From a virus (taxonomy: Duplodnaviria; Caudoviricetes), in the IMG/VR virus record IMGVR_UViG_3300048589_000499, positions 1 to 24,511 of that record: a stretch of DNA of 24,511 nt, one strand, 5' to 3'. Both the position numbers and the translations under genes were made by a program. This document shows positions 23,762 to 24,511 of this stretch, piece after piece. Every line of letters starts with the position of its first letter. Position 1 is the stretch's first letter. Under the pieces are notes generated by a model. It was not told where the DNA came from and searched no databases. It saw nothing but the letters and a program-made list of their open reading frames with translations.

Positions 23762-24511
23762 ACGTCGAGCAGCTCGCCGCCGCGCTGAAGAACCCGAACC
23801 TGCAGGCCTTCCTGCGCGTCATCAGGGCCGGCGAATCGTCGCAGGACGACAGCGCCTATACGGTGATGTTCGGCGGCGATCACTTCACCTCGTTCGCCGA
23901 CCACCCGCGCCGCACCATCACGAAGGGGCGCTACACCTCGACGGCGGCCGGTGCCTACCAGTTCCTCTCGCGCACCTGGGATGGGCTCGTCCGGCAGTAC
24001 GGCTTCGCCGACTTCTCGCCCGCCTCGCAAGACCTCGGCGCCGTCGCGCTCATCGCCGGCCGCGGTGCGCTCGCCGATGCGCTCGCCGGACGCATCGAAG
24101 CCGCGATCGCCAAGTGCGGCCGCGAATGGGCCAGCCTGCCCGGCAGCCCCTACGGCCAGCCGGTGCGCACGCTGGCGCAGGCCCTCGCGACTTACGCCGA
24201 GTTCGGCGGCACGCGCGAAGGCGCACAACAACCCGACACGACCGCGGCGCCCGCCGCACCAACCCCGCCGGCCCGCCCGGCAAAGGAGAAGACGATGCCG
24301 ATCCCACTCATCCTCGGCGCGCTGCTGCCCTCGCTCGTCCAGGCGATCCCGAAGCTCGGCGCCCTGTTCGGCAGCGGCTCCGAGGTTGCCGAGCGCAACG
24401 TCGCCGCCGCGACGACCGTGATGCAGATCGTGCAGGACGCCACCGGCGCGCGCAACGCGCAAGAAGCCGTCGAGATGATCCAGACCGACCCGCAAGCCCT
24501 GCAGGCCGCCA
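23758..24511 (+). CDS. Endolysin, lambda R / GH104 lytic transglycosylase, fused to a holin-like C-terminal domain; 3' truncated by the window
   Basis: NLQAFLRVIRAGE (catalytic Glu), FADHPR, STAAGAYQFLSRTW, DFSPASQD and EWASLPGSPYGQ. No stop before the window end, so absent from the ORF track. Confidence 0.93.
   Translation, partial: MNVEQLAAALKNPNLQAFLRVIRAGESSQDDSAYTVMFGGDHFTSFADHPRRTITKGRYTSTAAGAYQFLSRTWDGLVRQYGFADFSPASQDLGAVALIAGRGALADALAGRIEAAIAKCGREWASLPGSPYGQPVRTLAQALATYAEFGGTREGAQQPDTTAAPAAPTPPARPAKEKTMPIPLILGALLPSLVQAIPKLGALFGSGSEVAERNVAAATTVMQIVQDATGARNAQEAVEMIQTDPQALQAA

Larger units (their letters stand above)
1..24511 (+). mobile_element. Temperate siphovirus/prophage late region (lambda-type cos packaging, GTA-type baseplate, lysis genes); extends beyond both window edges
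   Basis: Canonical co-oriented order terS-terL-gpW-portal-protease/capsid-connectors-tube-chaperone-TMP-baseplate-fibre-lysis, with many 1-4 nt gene overlaps. No host genes or att sites visible. Confidence 0.97.

Overview
The whole window is one co-oriented (+ strand), roughly 70% GC late region of a temperate siphovirus/prophage; protein style suggests a betaproteobacterial (Burkholderiales-like) host, which is an inference. In order: the 3' end of a probable primase/helicase gene, a symmetric iteron array (likely replication origin), a displaced gpZ-like gene, a lambda-like cos site, TerS and TerL, a Mor/C-family activator, gpW-like adaptor, and a lambda-type portal with a repetitive C-terminal extension. 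Next come a small damaged accessory cassette, a protease-capsid fusion, DUF2190, connector genes, tail tube, tail chaperone with a -1 frameshift, tape measure, and a GTA-type baseplate (DUF2460, DUF2163, NlpC/P60, megatron-like). The window ends with fibre and LamG-like proteins and a lysis region. The most unusual points are: (1) a miniature FliA/sigma28-like sigma factor lacking region 3, embedded in the lysis cassette; (2) a lambda-R-type endolysin fused in frame to a holin-like domain that has its own ribosome-binding site; (3) two near-identical 34-bp dyad promoters that appear to drive leaderless late mRNAs next to the Mor-like gene; (4) a portal extension plus downstream cassette that includes a signal-peptide protein and a deletion scar. 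All family assignments come from motif recognition by eye; no searches were run.
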